In this document: positions 1-13,720 of the stretch, one piece after another
How the letters are laid out: the number at the start of each line of letters is the position of its first letter
Position numbering within the stretch: position 1 is the first letter of the stretch
Source: Vicugna vicugna
Taxonomy: Eukaryota
NCBI GenBank assembly: GCA_013265495.1
Contig: MU058418.1
Coordinates: 124,001-188,000 of the forward strand
DNA: 64,000 nucleotides
Direction of reading: 5' to 3'
The notes under the pieces: generated by a model
Seen by the model: only the letters and a program-made list of their open reading frames with translations
The model's database searches: none
What the model was told of the DNA's origin: nothing
Program-made: the position numbers and the translations under genes

Positions 1-257
1 AAATTACACAACTGGATGTGTCATCTGCTTCCTGCCACGCCCCTAATACAACAGTTTGCAAAGTCCTTTACGTTCTGGCCCTTGCAAAACTCTGCACCCT
101 CATGGGACACGCCTCTCCTGCTCCCTCTTTCTGCTTCAACCACTCTGGCCTTCATGCAATTCTTCAGGTAGGCCTACCGACTTGAAATATTAACAAGCAT
201 ACACTCCTGTTGTTTTTAAACTATTTAAAACTATATTAAAATGTATGTGACATTTTG

Positions 258-690
258 TCTTAGGTCAGGTTCCCAGGGAGCCAGATGCTGAGAGATCTGT
301 GTGCGAGAGGCTCTGGAGGGGAATGCCCTGAGATTCGACACCTGTGAGGGGGCCAGGGAAGCAGGACTGGGCAGAAGGAGCAGGGGGGTACTTTGTGATA
401 CTTTGGGAATGAAAGCCTCACCTGGTTCCATGGGAGTGGGAGCTGGGCTGGCTGGCCCTCCAGAGCTGACTGGGATTGAGGCAAGGAGGCTGGGCCTTTG
501 AACTTCTACATCCACAATCACTGACAGTGAGCTGGTCCTGAGAAGGCGCATAACCTCAGGTGAGGTAACTTCCTTCAGCCAAGAGAGGTACTGGGAAGGG
601 AATCAGTTGTGAGTAGTTAGCAGTCAGCACCCTCGGAAGTGGGGAAATGAGTCCCTGGGTCCTAAAGGGAGATCTAGGTGGCACATCACA
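258..690. mobile_element. Ancient ERVL/MaLR-type LTR
   Basis: Pattern resemblance (GGAAGCAGGACTGGGCAGAAGG...). The subfamily is not determined. Confidence 0.45.
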
Positions 691-904
691 ATGTCTGCCA
701 AGAAATCCTACTCCTAAGATTTCATTAAAAGAAAATACAGCTTTCCAATGACTGTGAAGCTGGGGAGACCCCAGCTGGGTGAGGATATGGGATCTCATTG
801 TCCTCCCAGCACTTTGACCCTCCCCTGAAGCCCCTCAATAAAATGATTTTATTCCCACCCCTCCAAAAAAGGAAATAGAGATTTAAGCAGAAAACTAGTT
901 ACAG

Positions 905-1060
905 AGGGGTGGGTATAATTCAAGTGGTAGAGCACACGCTTAGCATGCACGAGGTCCTGGTTTCAATCCCCAATATCGCCTCTAAAAATAAATAAATAAA
1001 TAAATCTAATTACCTCCCCCTGCCAAAAAATAATTTTTTTTAAAGAATAAAAAAATAAAG
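905..1060 (+). mobile_element. tRNA-Ala-derived SINE (Vic-1-like)
   Basis: A/B-box tRNA-like head and (AAAT)n-CTAATTACC tail. Confidence 0.85.
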
Positions 1061-1085
1061 AAGTAGATACAAAGATGTTTATTAA

Positions 1086-1218
1086 GGGGATAGTATATCT
1101 CAAGTGGTAGAGTGCAGCGCATACACAAGGTCCTGGGTTCAATCTCCAGTACCTCCTCTAAAAACAAATAAGTGGGTAAACCTAATTACCTCCCCCCAAA
1201 AACTAAAGTAAAAATTTA
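1086..1218 (+). mobile_element. tRNA-derived SINE (Vic-1-like) with 15-bp TSD
   Basis: TSD AAAGATGTTTATTAA at 1071-1085 and 1219-1233. Confidence 0.9.
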
Positions 1219-2034
1219 AAAGATGTTTATTAAAATATAATTTATGTATAATTGGGAGAACATCAGATACAATCTAAATATCCAATAACAGGAAACTGAT
1301 TAAAGACAGTACATCTGAAGAATATAATGCTATGAAATTATTTTAAAATCATATTGCAGAAATGATCATGTGATAGAGAATTAAATGAAAAGAGGCAGGT
1401 TATAAAAAAATTTTGTTGAAATATATATGTTTGCGTGTACAAACATCTGTATAAATGCATGGCAGAGGAAGACTGGAAGAATTTGCATTTAAATACAAAT
1501 TGTAGTCACTGCTGGGATTATAGGTGTCTTGTACTTCTTTGAAACCTTTCTTCATATTTTGAGCAACGAACGTCGATTGCTCACATAGTAGAAAGAAACA
1601 ATAAATTTGAGCATTAAAAAAATTTATTGTGATTGTGATGGCAGAGAACACTAATTTCCAACTTGTTTTGCCTTGGAAGTTTTTGCTTAATTAACATTTA
1701 CATGTAAACCCCAAATGAGAAACAGATCACCACGGCAGCGCTCTACTTGGTTGGGGGCGAGGGGGAATGGGAGCAGGGAGAGGAAAGTGCTATGAGGCAC
1801 AGTCTTCTCAGTTCTCTCCGTCACCAACCTCCCCGCACCCCCAGGTGCCCTTGTTAGATCCCTTCACATCCTGCTGGAAAGCCATAGACCTCTTTGACCT
1901 GCATCACTGATTTGTTTGACACCCCAATATGGACATGCCGTGGCAGCCCTTCAGCCCTGAAGAAACTTCTTTATTTTCATGACAGTGTCAGATTTACTGT
2001 ATGGACAAGTGTAAAAACTTACACATTTGTTCTT

Positions 2035-2650
2035 CCTTTTTCTTTTTTAATTTAGAAGAAGTATTTATTTGATAAAATATAGACTTTCTCACAAAGCAAG
2101 ATGTAAATACATCTTTTGTGGATCCACATTTTAAATGTAGTCTTGGGGCATAATGTCCTTCAAAATAACCAGTAACTTTTAAGTAGATGTTAATGCCTCT
2201 TCCACAACTGTTTGTCTTTCATTTTCCATGCTATACTATTATCAAACTCATGGCAGATATTGGACAAATATTTTGTGAAGTTTTATACTCATCACCACCT
2301 TTTTTAATAAGTAGAAATTGAATACTTAGTTTTTCACTGAACATGCTCATGCTTAACTTATTTTTTCTTTTCTTTTAAACGTTTTTTTATTGAGTTATAG
2401 TCATTTAACAATGTTGTGTCAAATTCCAGTGGAGAGCACAATTTTTCAGTTATACATGAACATATATATATTCATTGTCACTTTTTTTTCACTATGAGCT
2501 ACCACAAGATCTTGTATGTATTTCCCTGTGCTATACAGTATAATCTTGTTTATCTATTCTACATATGCCTATCAGTATCTACAAATTTTGAACTCCCAGT
2601 CTATCCCTTCCCACCCTCCTCCCCCTTGGCAACCACAAGTTTGTATTCTA
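2035..2650 (-). mobile_element. 5'-truncated L1 3' end (2360-2650) plus extra 3' segment, within a 14-bp TSD
   Basis: L1 3'UTR motifs are the reverse complement of those at 22400-22690. TSD ACACATTTGTTCTT at 2021-2034 and 2651-2664. Confidence 0.85.
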
Positions 2651-4349
2651 ACACATTTGTTCTTAAACACAAATTGAAAAGCCACACTCCATGATCCTGT
2701 CGGAGAAGATCACCCCAAACTCTCAGAGAGGTGATGATGGTGCGGTGGCTGAGAGCAAAAAATCACATGATGCAGGTTCAAATAGTCTATTATGGGCTGA
2801 CCTTGGGCAAGCTACCGAATGTTTGGGTTTTCTCATCTATAAAAAGATGACGATGATGCTCGTAGCATTGACCACACAGAACTATGTCAAGTATTAAATG
2901 AGCAAATATTTGTAAAAGCATTTAGAGTAGTGACTCGTACATGGTGTTTGCCATTATTTTCTGCTCAATTCATATCAAAAAGCTCAATTACAAAAAATAA
3001 TATTCATGGTTGACGTTGACCATATAGTCCTCTAAATGTTCAGTTTTTTTTCCCTAGAGGTGCAGATTTGGTTAACACCATTTTGGCTGCTGATAAAATT
3101 ATATCTGCTAAATTACGCTTTGCCATGTCACTTGTCTGGATGATAATGATAAGAAATAGTGTAAGAAATTTGCTGTTGTTCTCATTGCAGGGATGATGCC
3201 AATGACATTAAACCCCCCTCCTAAGAACACACTCAAATCTTTCCTCAGACCTTGACATTTCTGGTTTACTCAGGTGTTTTAAATTCATTTAATTTAGCTT
3301 CTGTTTCTAATCATGGCCCCTTCCTTCCACTGGCTATACAGCTACTCAGGACCCTATGACAAGCATTCTTGAATCCTAGCCATGAATTCATGGTTTTCTG
3401 CCCTTATTTATTCCCTCCCTCAAATTCCTCATTCATTTGTAACCTGGTATATATTGCATGTTTCTATAATCTGACTCAAAAAAAATTTTAATTGGAGTAA
3501 GACATAGAATAAATAAATGAATAAGCAAGTAATAAGTAAATACAAAACCAAATGCACACTGATAAACACAGTGCTAATGATGAGGCTACAAAGGGAAACA
3601 CTGTTTCCTCATTGCATTCACACCCAAGTCTCAACAAGGGTTGTGTCACTGGTGGTATTTCACAAGCCCCATCAAACTGCTCAAAATTGTTGCAGTCTCA
3701 CCTAAGGTGAACAGCAACTACCAATTAGATTGTGCTAATCTACCACTAAGAGAACCCTATTCTAAGTCTCCAGAAAATGCAGTAGGATGCAAAATGACAA
3801 CTAAATAACAGAACAAATGAGTATGATGAATGCCCAGTATCTCCCAGAGTAATAACAAATGAATTTGCATTAATTTTTGTAGGCTCAGCATGGAATACTG
3901 AGCCAAATTTTTCATGGATGGGAGAGCAAGCTCACAAAAGCTCACAGGAAAAAAAAATTCTGAATCATGGAATTTTTTTAATTGGATGGAATCTTAGTAT
4001 TTTTAAACTGGAAAATATCTCCCCAAAATCCTATGCTCTTACAGCCAAGAGAGGCTTATAGGGAACATGGAGCAAGTTTTCAGACCTAGGACTGGCAACT
4101 GTATCTGCTTATGATGCTGGCTCAGGCACTAGACCCAGAGGACTCTACCGTGAATCCATGTGTCCTTATTGAGTTGGGTAGAAATCCAAACAATGGACAT
4201 GGGGAAAGTGACCTTACCTGTCTCCACGTACAGCCCTGATGCAAGCACTCTGTTAGTCACAGATCTGAAGCCAATGACCGGGACCACATCTGACTCTCCA
4301 GCCTCTGCCAGCCAGATAGTCCAAGAAACTGAGCTGCCCAAACCAGCTC

Positions 4350-4535
4350 TCACTTGTGCTTCTCAATATGGCTGCACATTAGAATCACCTGGGGACCTTT
4401 TAAAAACTAATGATGACTGATGTCCAGTCAGACCTATTGAATCAGAATCTTCTAGGTAGGCAAAGGGGGCAGACATCAACTTTCTAAAAAGCTTCGCAAG
4501 TGATTCTGATATGCAGAGTTGAGAACCATCACTGG
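4350..4535. mobile_element. MER5A-like hAT element (similar copies at ~32180-32370 and ~61420-61540)
   Basis: TTAGAATCACCTGGGGA...TGATTCTGATATGCAG..TTGAGAACCA. Confidence 0.7.
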
Positions 4536-6039
4536 AGATAAGCAGGTTGCTTATCTGATGAAAATTGAGCAGCCACAGAAGACCAGCCTGTTAAGAAATA
4601 GTCCTAACTACCTTCTTTTTCTTCCCCCTAAGACCTAATATAGTATCAAAGGTCTGCCCTCTCCTCCCCCACTTACTCTGTGCTAAGGTATTGCTGCTGT
4701 CTGCTTCAATATTAACTGAGCACCCATTCTCAGTCACATATCAGGAATCCAGAAATGAAATACGGCACAGTTCCTGCCTGCAAAGAACTCACAGATAGGT
4801 CAGTGCAATGTTCATACATTCATTTAAAAAAAAAAAAAAGAATGCTGGCCCATGTTTATGAAGTACCAGCAATATACCAGACTCTGTTCTAAAACTTTGT
4901 GTATTAATGTATTTAATTCTCCCAACAGTCTTATGAGATAGGTACCATTATTATCAAGTCCACTTACAGACAACACTCCTGGGCCACAGAGAATTTTTGT
5001 AGTTGCCAAAAAGCTGAGTGAGGAACAAAATGATCAGATCTACGTTTCAGAGACTAGCCACAGGGTGGAAAGACTAAGGGCAGAGAGGCAGAGCTTTGAC
5101 AGAGAATGCAAGTAGAGGAAGGCATGGGGAGAGGAAAGAGAGGCAGGATGCCTAGACATTTCTGACTTGGAAGTGACAGGATTTTTGGCTGATTGGAGAT
5201 GGGGAGAGAAGAGGAAGGAGGCTCCCAGGTTTGTGATGAGACTTGGCAGGAAGGTGCTCTGAATAGAGAAGTGGTGGGTCTGTGGAAGGAAGGTAATGAG
5301 CTCAGTTTTGGACATGTTCAGTTTCCGCAAACCTTAGCATACTCTGGTTGCTAAGAGGCATGGCAGTTAAACCACTTCAGACCCTTTGGGCTCACAGAGA
5401 TATCTCTTTGCAAAATCATAAATATGGAAACTTCCTAAAGTTTCTTAGATATGCATTTGATTCTAAATTTAGATGTAATTTGAAGAGAAACTGAGAAGCA
5501 AATCATAATGGTGATTGTGTTGTGTCAAAAAGTGCTATCTTACCAAAATTAGAAAGAAAAAAAAGCTCTCTTTATACGAAGAATCCAAAAATAATGAAGC
5601 TAACCCCAAATAAGGTCTATGAGAAATGAAAAACATACTTTTCAGCAACCTAAATATTTGAGTTCTATTTTAAGGACAGTGGCATTGGGTGTGTGTGTTT
5701 AGAATACGTTTACTTCTAAATAGATTTTTCTCACCTTAACCTTGTGGCATAGTGCTTCAGTTATCTGCTTTTCTCTAAATTGCTTTTATCTACTGAGGGT
5801 AAACTTAGTTCAACAGACACCCAATACAATGGCTACTCATTACACAATTTAGCCATAAATAACATAATGATAATATTTAAGTATGAATATTTTAAGTATA
5901 ACCCCAGAGTAGAATTTGGAGCTTTTTCCCAAGAAATGAAACAGCTCATATTTGTTTAAAACCATTTTCAAAGAATAGTTGAAAAAGTAGTTTTTTTTCC
6001 TTACTCCATAAGCATTGATGATTGCTTTTTAAAAGATAT

Positions 6040-8600
6040 GCCCAAGCTTTCAGTTGCTTTTCTATAAATTTATATTAGACCAAGGGTTGGTGTTGATGGT
6101 CAGTTTTAAGATCTCAGAGCAAAGCCCTGCCATCCTCTACAGGCAGCAACTCTTCCTTGAGAAACGTGGTTTGACTTGTTACTGGACTTTAGTAAAGACT
6201 AAATGCTTAAACATTGGATCACTATGCAAAGTGAGCTTCCCATCATGACCTGGGTGTGTTCTAACCACCAACCCATAAAGCTGGGTGTGCATAGCAGCAC
6301 TCCATTGTCAAATAAAAGTGGCATGTATGATATTGGGCTTGAGCAGGCCCTAAAGATACATAGAGTAACTTACAGGAGGAAGTAGCCCAAATGCCAATGG
6401 TGCATACTCCTGCTAGCTTACCTTCTCTCTCCCAACCTGAACCTATGTCTTCACGGGGAGTTACCTATGACCAGTTGACTGAGGAAGAGAAAACTTGGAC
6501 CCAGTTTGCAGAAGGTGCTGCAAGATACAGAAGGTGCAAGATACAGAAGGTGCTGCAACATCCCAAAGCAGACAGCTACAGCTCTCCACCTCCCTTCTGG
6601 GACATCCCTGAAGAACAATGGTAAAGGGAAATACTCCCAGTGGGCAGAATTACAAGCAATGAAGCTGGCTGTTCATTTTGCTTGGAAGGAAAAATGGCCA
6701 GAGGTATAAGTCTACACCAACTCATGGTCTGTGGCTAACAGTTTGACAGGATGGACACGGAAAGAACATGACTGGGAAACTAGTGACAAGGCAGGCTGAG
6801 AAAGATGTATATAGGTAGACCTCTCTGAATGGGAAAAGAATATGAAGATACTTGTGTTCCATGTGAATGCTCAATAAAGGTAACTTCAGCAGAGGAGGAT
6901 TTTAATAATCAAGTGGATAAGATGGAGATACCAGTTAGCTTCTTTCCCTGGACATCTCTGTCATCACCCAAAGGGCTCATGAACAAAGTGACCATGGTGG
7001 CAGGGATGGAGATTAAGCATGGCCCCAGTAACATCAGCTCCTATTAAGGCCGATCTAGTTACAGCCACTGCTGAGTGTCTAATCTGCTGCAACAGAAACC
7101 AGCACTGAGCTCCCTATATGGCTCCGGTGAACAGCCAGGAGGAATGTTGATTATATGGGCCACTTCCATCATAGAAGCGGCAGCATTTTATTCTCATTGG
7201 AATAGACATGTATTCTAAATATAGATTTGCCTTCCCTGCATGTAATGCTTATACCAAAACTACCATCCATGGACTTACAGAATACCTTATCAACCAGCAT
7301 GGTGATCCACACATTGCTTCTGATCAAGGAACTCAACCAATGACATGTGACAATGCGCACATGCTCATGGAATTCACTTATCCCCCATTACCCTGAACAG
7401 TGGTTTTTGAAAACTCAAGTTAACAGCTCTAGCTAAGTGGCAATATCTCACAGGGCTAGAGTGCTAAACTCCAGGAGGATATATATGCTCCAAATACAAT
7501 GCTGTTTCTCCCATACCTAGAATTCACAGTTCTAGGAATTTTAGGGTAAAAATGGGAGTGGCATCATTCACTATTACCCCTGGTAAGTGATCCACTACCA
7601 AAAATTTTACTTCCTATCCCTGAGACCTTATGTTCTGCTGGTCTAGAGATCTTAGTTTCAAAAGGTAGAATGCTTCTACCAGGAGCCACAGCAAGTTTCG
7701 TTGAAATGGAAGTTGGGCAACTGCTACCCAACCACCTTGAGCACCTCAAGCCTCTTAGTCAACAAAGCAGGGAGTTACTGAACTGAGTGCTGGTGTGATT
7801 GATCCTGACTACCAAGGGAAAAACTGGGTTGCTTCCATACAGTGGAGGTTAAAGATGTCTGGAATACAGGAGATCTGATAGAGTATCTCTTAGTACTATT
7901 GTGTCCTATGATCAAAGTCAGTAGAAAACCATAACCAAATTCAGGCAAAAGGTTTCTTTCACCATCCCCCTGCTCCCCACAACCCAGGCCAGCTGAAGTG
8001 CTTGCTGAGGGCAAAGGAAATACAGACTGGATGATGGAAGAAGGTAGCTATAACTATCACCTATAGCCATATGATCAGTTGCTGAAATCAGGACTGTAGT
8101 TATATTTCTTCCTTATGTTTGTACATATATAAAGCAAATATTTATTTTCTCTCCTCTCTTATTCTCTTATCTAACATATGCACTAATGATGGTTAACTTT
8201 ATATCACAGTATTTACTTTGTGTGATATCAAGAGTGAACACGATACAGTTTGCATCCTCTTCTAGGGAAAAGGATGGTGTTTTGGGTTGTATAAAGTATG
8301 ACCTTGTTATATTCTTTAATTTGGAGATTAAATATGATTCAGAAATGACTGTGGGTGCCAAGCTGACAAGAGATGGACTATGTAACGATGAGTTCATGCG
8401 TCAACTTGGCTAATCCCAAGTTATCAACCAAATACTAGTCTAGGTGTCGCTATAAAGCATTTCGTAAATACTGTCTGCAAGCAGTTGATTATAGATTTTC
8501 CTAACTGGGTGGGCTTAATTCCATCAGCTTAAGGCTTTAAAAACAGAACTGATTTCCTTGATGAAGAAATTCCACATGGGGATGCAACATCCTCTTATTC
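6040..8600 (+). mobile_element. Degraded ERV-L provirus remnant (pol RNase H/integrase) with MLT2-like 3' LTR from ~8380
   Basis: SQWAELQAM..AVHFAWKEKWPEV (RNase H) and YRFAFPA..TTIHGLTEYLI..HG.PHIASDQGT (integrase core). Purine-rich tract then TGTAACGATGAGTTCATGCGTCAACTTGGC. Confidence 0.85.
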
Positions 8601-9269
8601 CCAAATCCCAGACTTTCTCTGGCTAGAACTAAGGAGTCCAGGATTACACTCAAAGAGTCCAAGAAAAGAATTCAGGAGTGTGAAAGGAGCAGATGGAAAT
8701 GGTAATTTAGGAAACCAAAGTGATTTGTGGCCCTCTGTTCAGATAGGAAAACAGTGCCAGTGATTAAATAGACTACAGGATTTAGCATGTGTTGTTCCCT
8801 CCAGCAGGAATTTTCCTCCAGATTCTCCATAACTTGGCACAAATGTGCAAGATCATAAATCACTCAACCATGGCCCATGATTGCCACTCTGGCCTGTTTT
8901 CCTCACAGCACTACTTGACAGTATACTGCCTATTTGTCGTTATACATATACTTGTTTCTTAACTATAATAAAAGACCTTGCCTAGCAAGTTCAGTATTCG
9001 ATCAAATCTTCAGTATCCTGACATATCGCTGGTATTCAACAGTTGCTGAGTAAGCAGGGATGCCTACTTAAAGGCTTAAAGATATCAACTTTCAGATGAA
9101 TTCTTTAGCTAAGACACACTGCTAGTTGGCAAATGCAAAACAGCTTAACTGTAACGTTCCATTTAATAGGAAAATACTGAGGTATATCCCTAATGGTTTA
9201 AATACTCATACAACCACGATAACCCACCAAGTATTCCTTGCATCGGAAAAACTTAAAAATTCAATAGAT

Positions 9270-10778
9270 TGCTCATTCAGCCATTTTTTTATTTACAGTT
9301 TGTGTTTAATGCAAATCAATTCCATAACATGAGAAGTTACTAAGAATCAAAGCATAAATACACAAACACAATATACAATCCAAAATAGATGTACAGCATT
9401 CAGGTATGAAACGAAAAGGGAATGTTCATTCACACACACAGTAGCTTGAGATCTGTTGGATATGATTGTTCCAGTGTAGGTTTCTAAAGATGGGAAATAA
9501 ATGACTTTGGTTATCAAGACTACTGTGGCCATATTAGATATCGGAACATCTAAGCATCAGTGTGTGACCATGCGAACAAAAGACTTAAGGGAGTGTCTAT
9601 TTTTAAAAAGGTTTCTGTGCATCGAGGCAGTTGTGAAAAGACTTACTTTCCAAAATCAAGCCCACTTTAGGCTGAGGACCAGGTTCTAACTATCTAAAAA
9701 TATTGACTGATAACAGAAAGTGTTCCAAATGTGGCTACTCTGATTCCATTTTTAAAAAAAGTATTTACAGAAAAGAGTATAAAAGTTTTTCTGAATTTAA
9801 TGAAAGCAAGCTTCCAGTCTTCACCTCCCAAGTACTTGATAACAGTTTGGCTCCTTCACATATTTGCCTTTTTAATTTCAAGATTTGTCAATTTTACCTT
9901 CAAAAGAGACCATTTTTAAAACCATAAAAAGCACTTAACAGATGCAGAAATAAAAAGCATTTTGAAATTAGTTGAGGTCAATGTACTTCTACTCTGTTAT
10001 CAGTTTAGCTAAAAGAATCTAGTGCTCTTATCGAGTAAGAATAGTTGATAAGGATATAAGCAAAATATACTCATTATGCTTGGATTTGGGGTAGATTCCA
10101 ATTCATCATTGCCCTGGCATATGTCAATTACTACATAAAAAGTCAAATGCAATGTCAAATCCAAAGCCCCAGAGGAAAGAGTTCAGTTCCCAAGAGAACA
10201 ATGATAGTTTAACGTAAAATTGTATCCAGAGTACATCAGCATTAAATTAGTACTGCTGAAAGTGAGGATTTACATTGAGGATTTACAGTAATATTTGGAA
10301 GTTCCTTCTAATGTACATATAAATAGAATCACAGAAGCTTTCTGTATTACCTAATTGTTTCATGGCCTTATAAATTTAATGAACCAAATGAAAACTGAAT
10401 CTCTGTTCCACATCCCATCCTTTATCTCTAAGTAAGATGAAATCTATTCTCATCTGCAAAGTAAAGTTTTATGTGTCCATACTTCTTAAGCCACATTTAA
10501 GGAAATCATCTCTTAACTAATTTTGGATGTTGTCTCTCCATCTTGTACAGGAAACTCCAGCAGATTTAATACTGGCATTCATCATCTAGTCAAACCCTTC
10601 ACATGCTCTTCAAACCAATCAAATTTGGGATCCTCAACATTTTCTGTCAATAAAATAAGGTGTGGAATTAGCAGATTCATTCAATGAAGACTTTTCCTTG
10701 TCACACTGGATGTCTAGATGCCATATGAATTTGAGTTTAGAAGATGGGAAAGTATAGATGTTTCTTGGCCCGAGTCTC
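9270..10778 (-). other. CD24: CD24 3' UTR (~1.5 kb) with distal polyadenylation signal
   Basis: Repeat-free AU-rich stretch after the stop codon. Minus-strand AATAAA at 9288-9293 followed by ...ggctgaatgagcaa resembles the human CD24 mRNA end as I recall it. A short (TG)n lies near 9431-9441. Confidence 0.8.
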
Positions 10779-10946
10779 TTAACAGTAGAGATGTAGAAGG
10801 GAGACCGAGATCATGAAGAGACTGGCTGTTGACTGCAGTGCACCATTATTTGCCTTGGTGGTGGCATTAGCTGGATTTGGGATGGCCGAGGTAGTCTGGG
10901 AGGAGTTACTTGAAACTGGTGGAACAGTTGTTTGATTTGAATAAAT
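10779..10946 (-). CDS. CD24: CD24 coding exon 2 ([55 protein letters not shown]): mature S/T-rich peptide plus GPI signal
   Basis: Acceptor tattttag|ATT, phase 0, 55 codons plus TAA. CD24-like motifs SSNSSQ, PNPxNATTK and [16 protein letters not shown] are present. Total protein is 78 aa and the intron is 10947-13720. Confidence 0.97.
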   Translation of the reverse strand: MYSNQTTVPPVSSNSSQTTSAIPNPANATTKANNGALQSTASLFMISVSLLHLYC

Positions 10947-13720
10947 CTAAAATATATGAAAAGATACACTGATCAATTTCCACATCACAGTTGTCTCCAC
11001 ATACACTTAATATGCAATTAAGAGATGATATATTCTTAGACTGCTCTTTTCCTATTATTCCCTTACCCTCATCATTTCATTCTGAATTTTTGCTTAGTCC
11101 CAAGATCCTTCTCTTTAGTTTCAAAACCAATTCCCTAATGACTGCAAAGAGCAACAACCAAAAACAAGCAAACAAAAATGTTCTTCAATAACTACATAAC
11201 TCCCAAGAGTAAGACTTTATCCTTAATTCTTTATAAAGTAATAAGGAACCAAGTTAACTAAGCCAGTTTCTGTGATTATACTGACTTACTGGCGTTGCAG
11301 AAAGGTTTCCTCTATTTTCCCCAGAAGGGGGTAGATTTTAAAGTTGCACAAATAATTTGGATTTTAATATATGGTGATTTGAGACACGAGGTATGAGAAT
11401 TGAGTTACCGGCTATCCTGGATTTGCCACGTAACTGTCATATACCCATTTAATACAGCCTTGCTCTTAACTTAAGGGGTTCTGGGGATCTTGTCTGCTCC
11501 CTTGAAATCTTGAAATTATATATAACCCTTCTCAAAAATGGCCACAATATTTGTTTCAAATTGAAAAATGAGCCCTTGCCTTAAGGCAAAAGGATTTCAC
11601 TCAAAGCACCATGAAGTCGGAATGACTTCACAACAGACAAGAGGGTTTGGTGCTAAGTTTTCACCAGCAGCAGCGTCTCTGCCTAGTCACCAAGCCCAGC
11701 CCTGTGGCCAAGGACCATGGTCCCCCCACTGTCCCAGCGCCTGACTGGCATCTTTCACCATACTATTTTTCAAGTCCCGAAATGCATAGGCCAGTGAGGC
11801 ACGTGATAATCTCTCCTTTGTCACAGAACAAAGGCAGATGGGAGATTTCAGCTCTCACTGCAAGAGAGGGTTTACAAGGGCTTCTGATTACAGGCGGGAT
11901 GGAGGACGTGGCACAAAACAGGTCTGGGCCACATGTACATTTGGCTGCCTATCAATCCAAAGATAAAACCATTCTATCTTTTGTTGTAAGCCCCTAAGGT
12001 AAACCCAGCTCCTTTTGTTGTAAAGCCCATAAGGTTATTAAGCAAACACTAAGTAAAAAATTTACAGATCCTATCTAAAATAGACTAATTTTAAAAAGTC
12101 TCAATGAAGTCAAATATATGTATTGGGCATCTAGTACGTTATTCGCTTGTGCTACCAGGAAAAAGCACTCCCACTAAAAGTAAAATAACATTAATGATAC
12201 GGGAAATCATTTAAAACAAGAGTCACTGGGGGAAAGACATGGTTTGGGATCCCTTAAGTTAATCTGTTCTTATTTATACAAAAAGCTTTCTGTAGCAGGT
12301 GACTATTTTTAAATAGAGCTCAGAGCATCAATAGGAGAAGCAAAAGGTTCTCTACAATCAACGAAAAACATTGATGTTAACATATTAAATTGACATTAAA
12401 AAATTTCCCTACCAAACTAGATTTATTGGCTTAACTAAACCCTCCCTTTTAACATTTTCTGGGGGGAGACTGTTTGGAAAAAAGATCGGGGCGGGGGTAG
12501 GAGAGACCAGTGTTTCTGGTGGCCGCGCCCATCCCCCACCAAGTAAATCGTGAAAAGCTCCAGAGCGCAGCCGACCCGACCCGCTAGACAATAGGGTACA
12601 GTTATCCGGCCCCACGGAGAGGAAGGCGAGGAGGGCTCCACTCTCAGGCTGAGCTCCCAGGTGAGCCCGGCTGCTGGGTGTTTGGGGACCAAGGACCTGG
12701 CACACCCAACTTTTCAGAGGAAACACTCAGGAGACACTCCTCAGAAAGCCCCAGTTGAAGGCGATGAAGAGCTACCTGCTCGGACACCCCTGCCCTCCAA
12801 GCCCAAACAGCTGGAGGCAAATGCCCCTTCTCGCCTTCCCAGCGCTGCCGCCCCCAGCCCCGCTCGGGTCTCCCTGGCTCAGCCCTGGCCTTCCTGGAGG
12901 CCACCACGCCGGAGTGAGGTCGGTTCCCGGGACAGAGTATCTGGGGAGGTGGCTGAGGGAAGGACAAAGCCTGGCGGGGACACGGGGCAGAAATATCCCG
13001 CCCGCCGCTTGCCCAGAGCTAGCCAATCTGACTAACACGGGGTTTCGTGGTGACCAGAGATGGACCTGTAGGATCGCCCTGGGGAGAGCGTAGGGTCGGG
13101 GGACGGTCCCCAGGAGGGTCCCCGCCCAGCCTTCAGCTCCGAACCACGCGGGACTGGGGTGGGTTAATAGAGCCAGATAGCCGGTGCTTCCTCGGGATAC
13201 ACGAACCAGCTCTGAGTGGAAAATGGGCGAGAGCAGCGCCTGTCGAAGGGGACCGTCCCCTCTCTTTGTGTGGTGCGCGCTGGGGACGCCAAGACACTCG
13301 GAGAAGGAAGCGGGGCGCTCCTGGGATCCAGGGACAACCTCCTCTAAGAGTCTAAGGTCTCCGGGCGCTCCAGAGTGGGGAGCGCACATTAGCTTCCCCG
13401 CTATCGCCTCGAACTTCTAGATGGAAGCAGAAGGTGGGCGCCAGCTGCCCAGGAAGGGCTGCAAGGAACCTGGGGTGGGGCAGGGTCCTCCCAGTCCACG
13501 CGCGAAGCTTCATTGTTCCTGGGGCGGCGGGAAGTGTGGGGGCAGCCGCCAGGGAGCAGTAAGTGGGCTCCACATTGCCCTCCCCCAGGTCAAATTGTGC
13601 TAAATACTCTCTCCGAGTCCCGGTCCGCGGCTCGAGTTTGGGGGGCAGGTCGGTCCCCTGGGGGCGGCCCCATCACTCTCGGGCGCGGCCTCCGAGCCCC
13701 GTCGGGCGCCCGAGCCTCAC

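Noticed and set aside
905..990. tRNA-Ala-like sequences (about ten copies across the window)
   Set aside because: They are mutated, have A-rich tails and often TSDs, so they are SINEs and not tRNA genes.
6391..7396. ERV-L pol ORF pieces as a possibly domesticated gene
   Set aside because: Broken by many stops and frameshifts, with no long intact frame.
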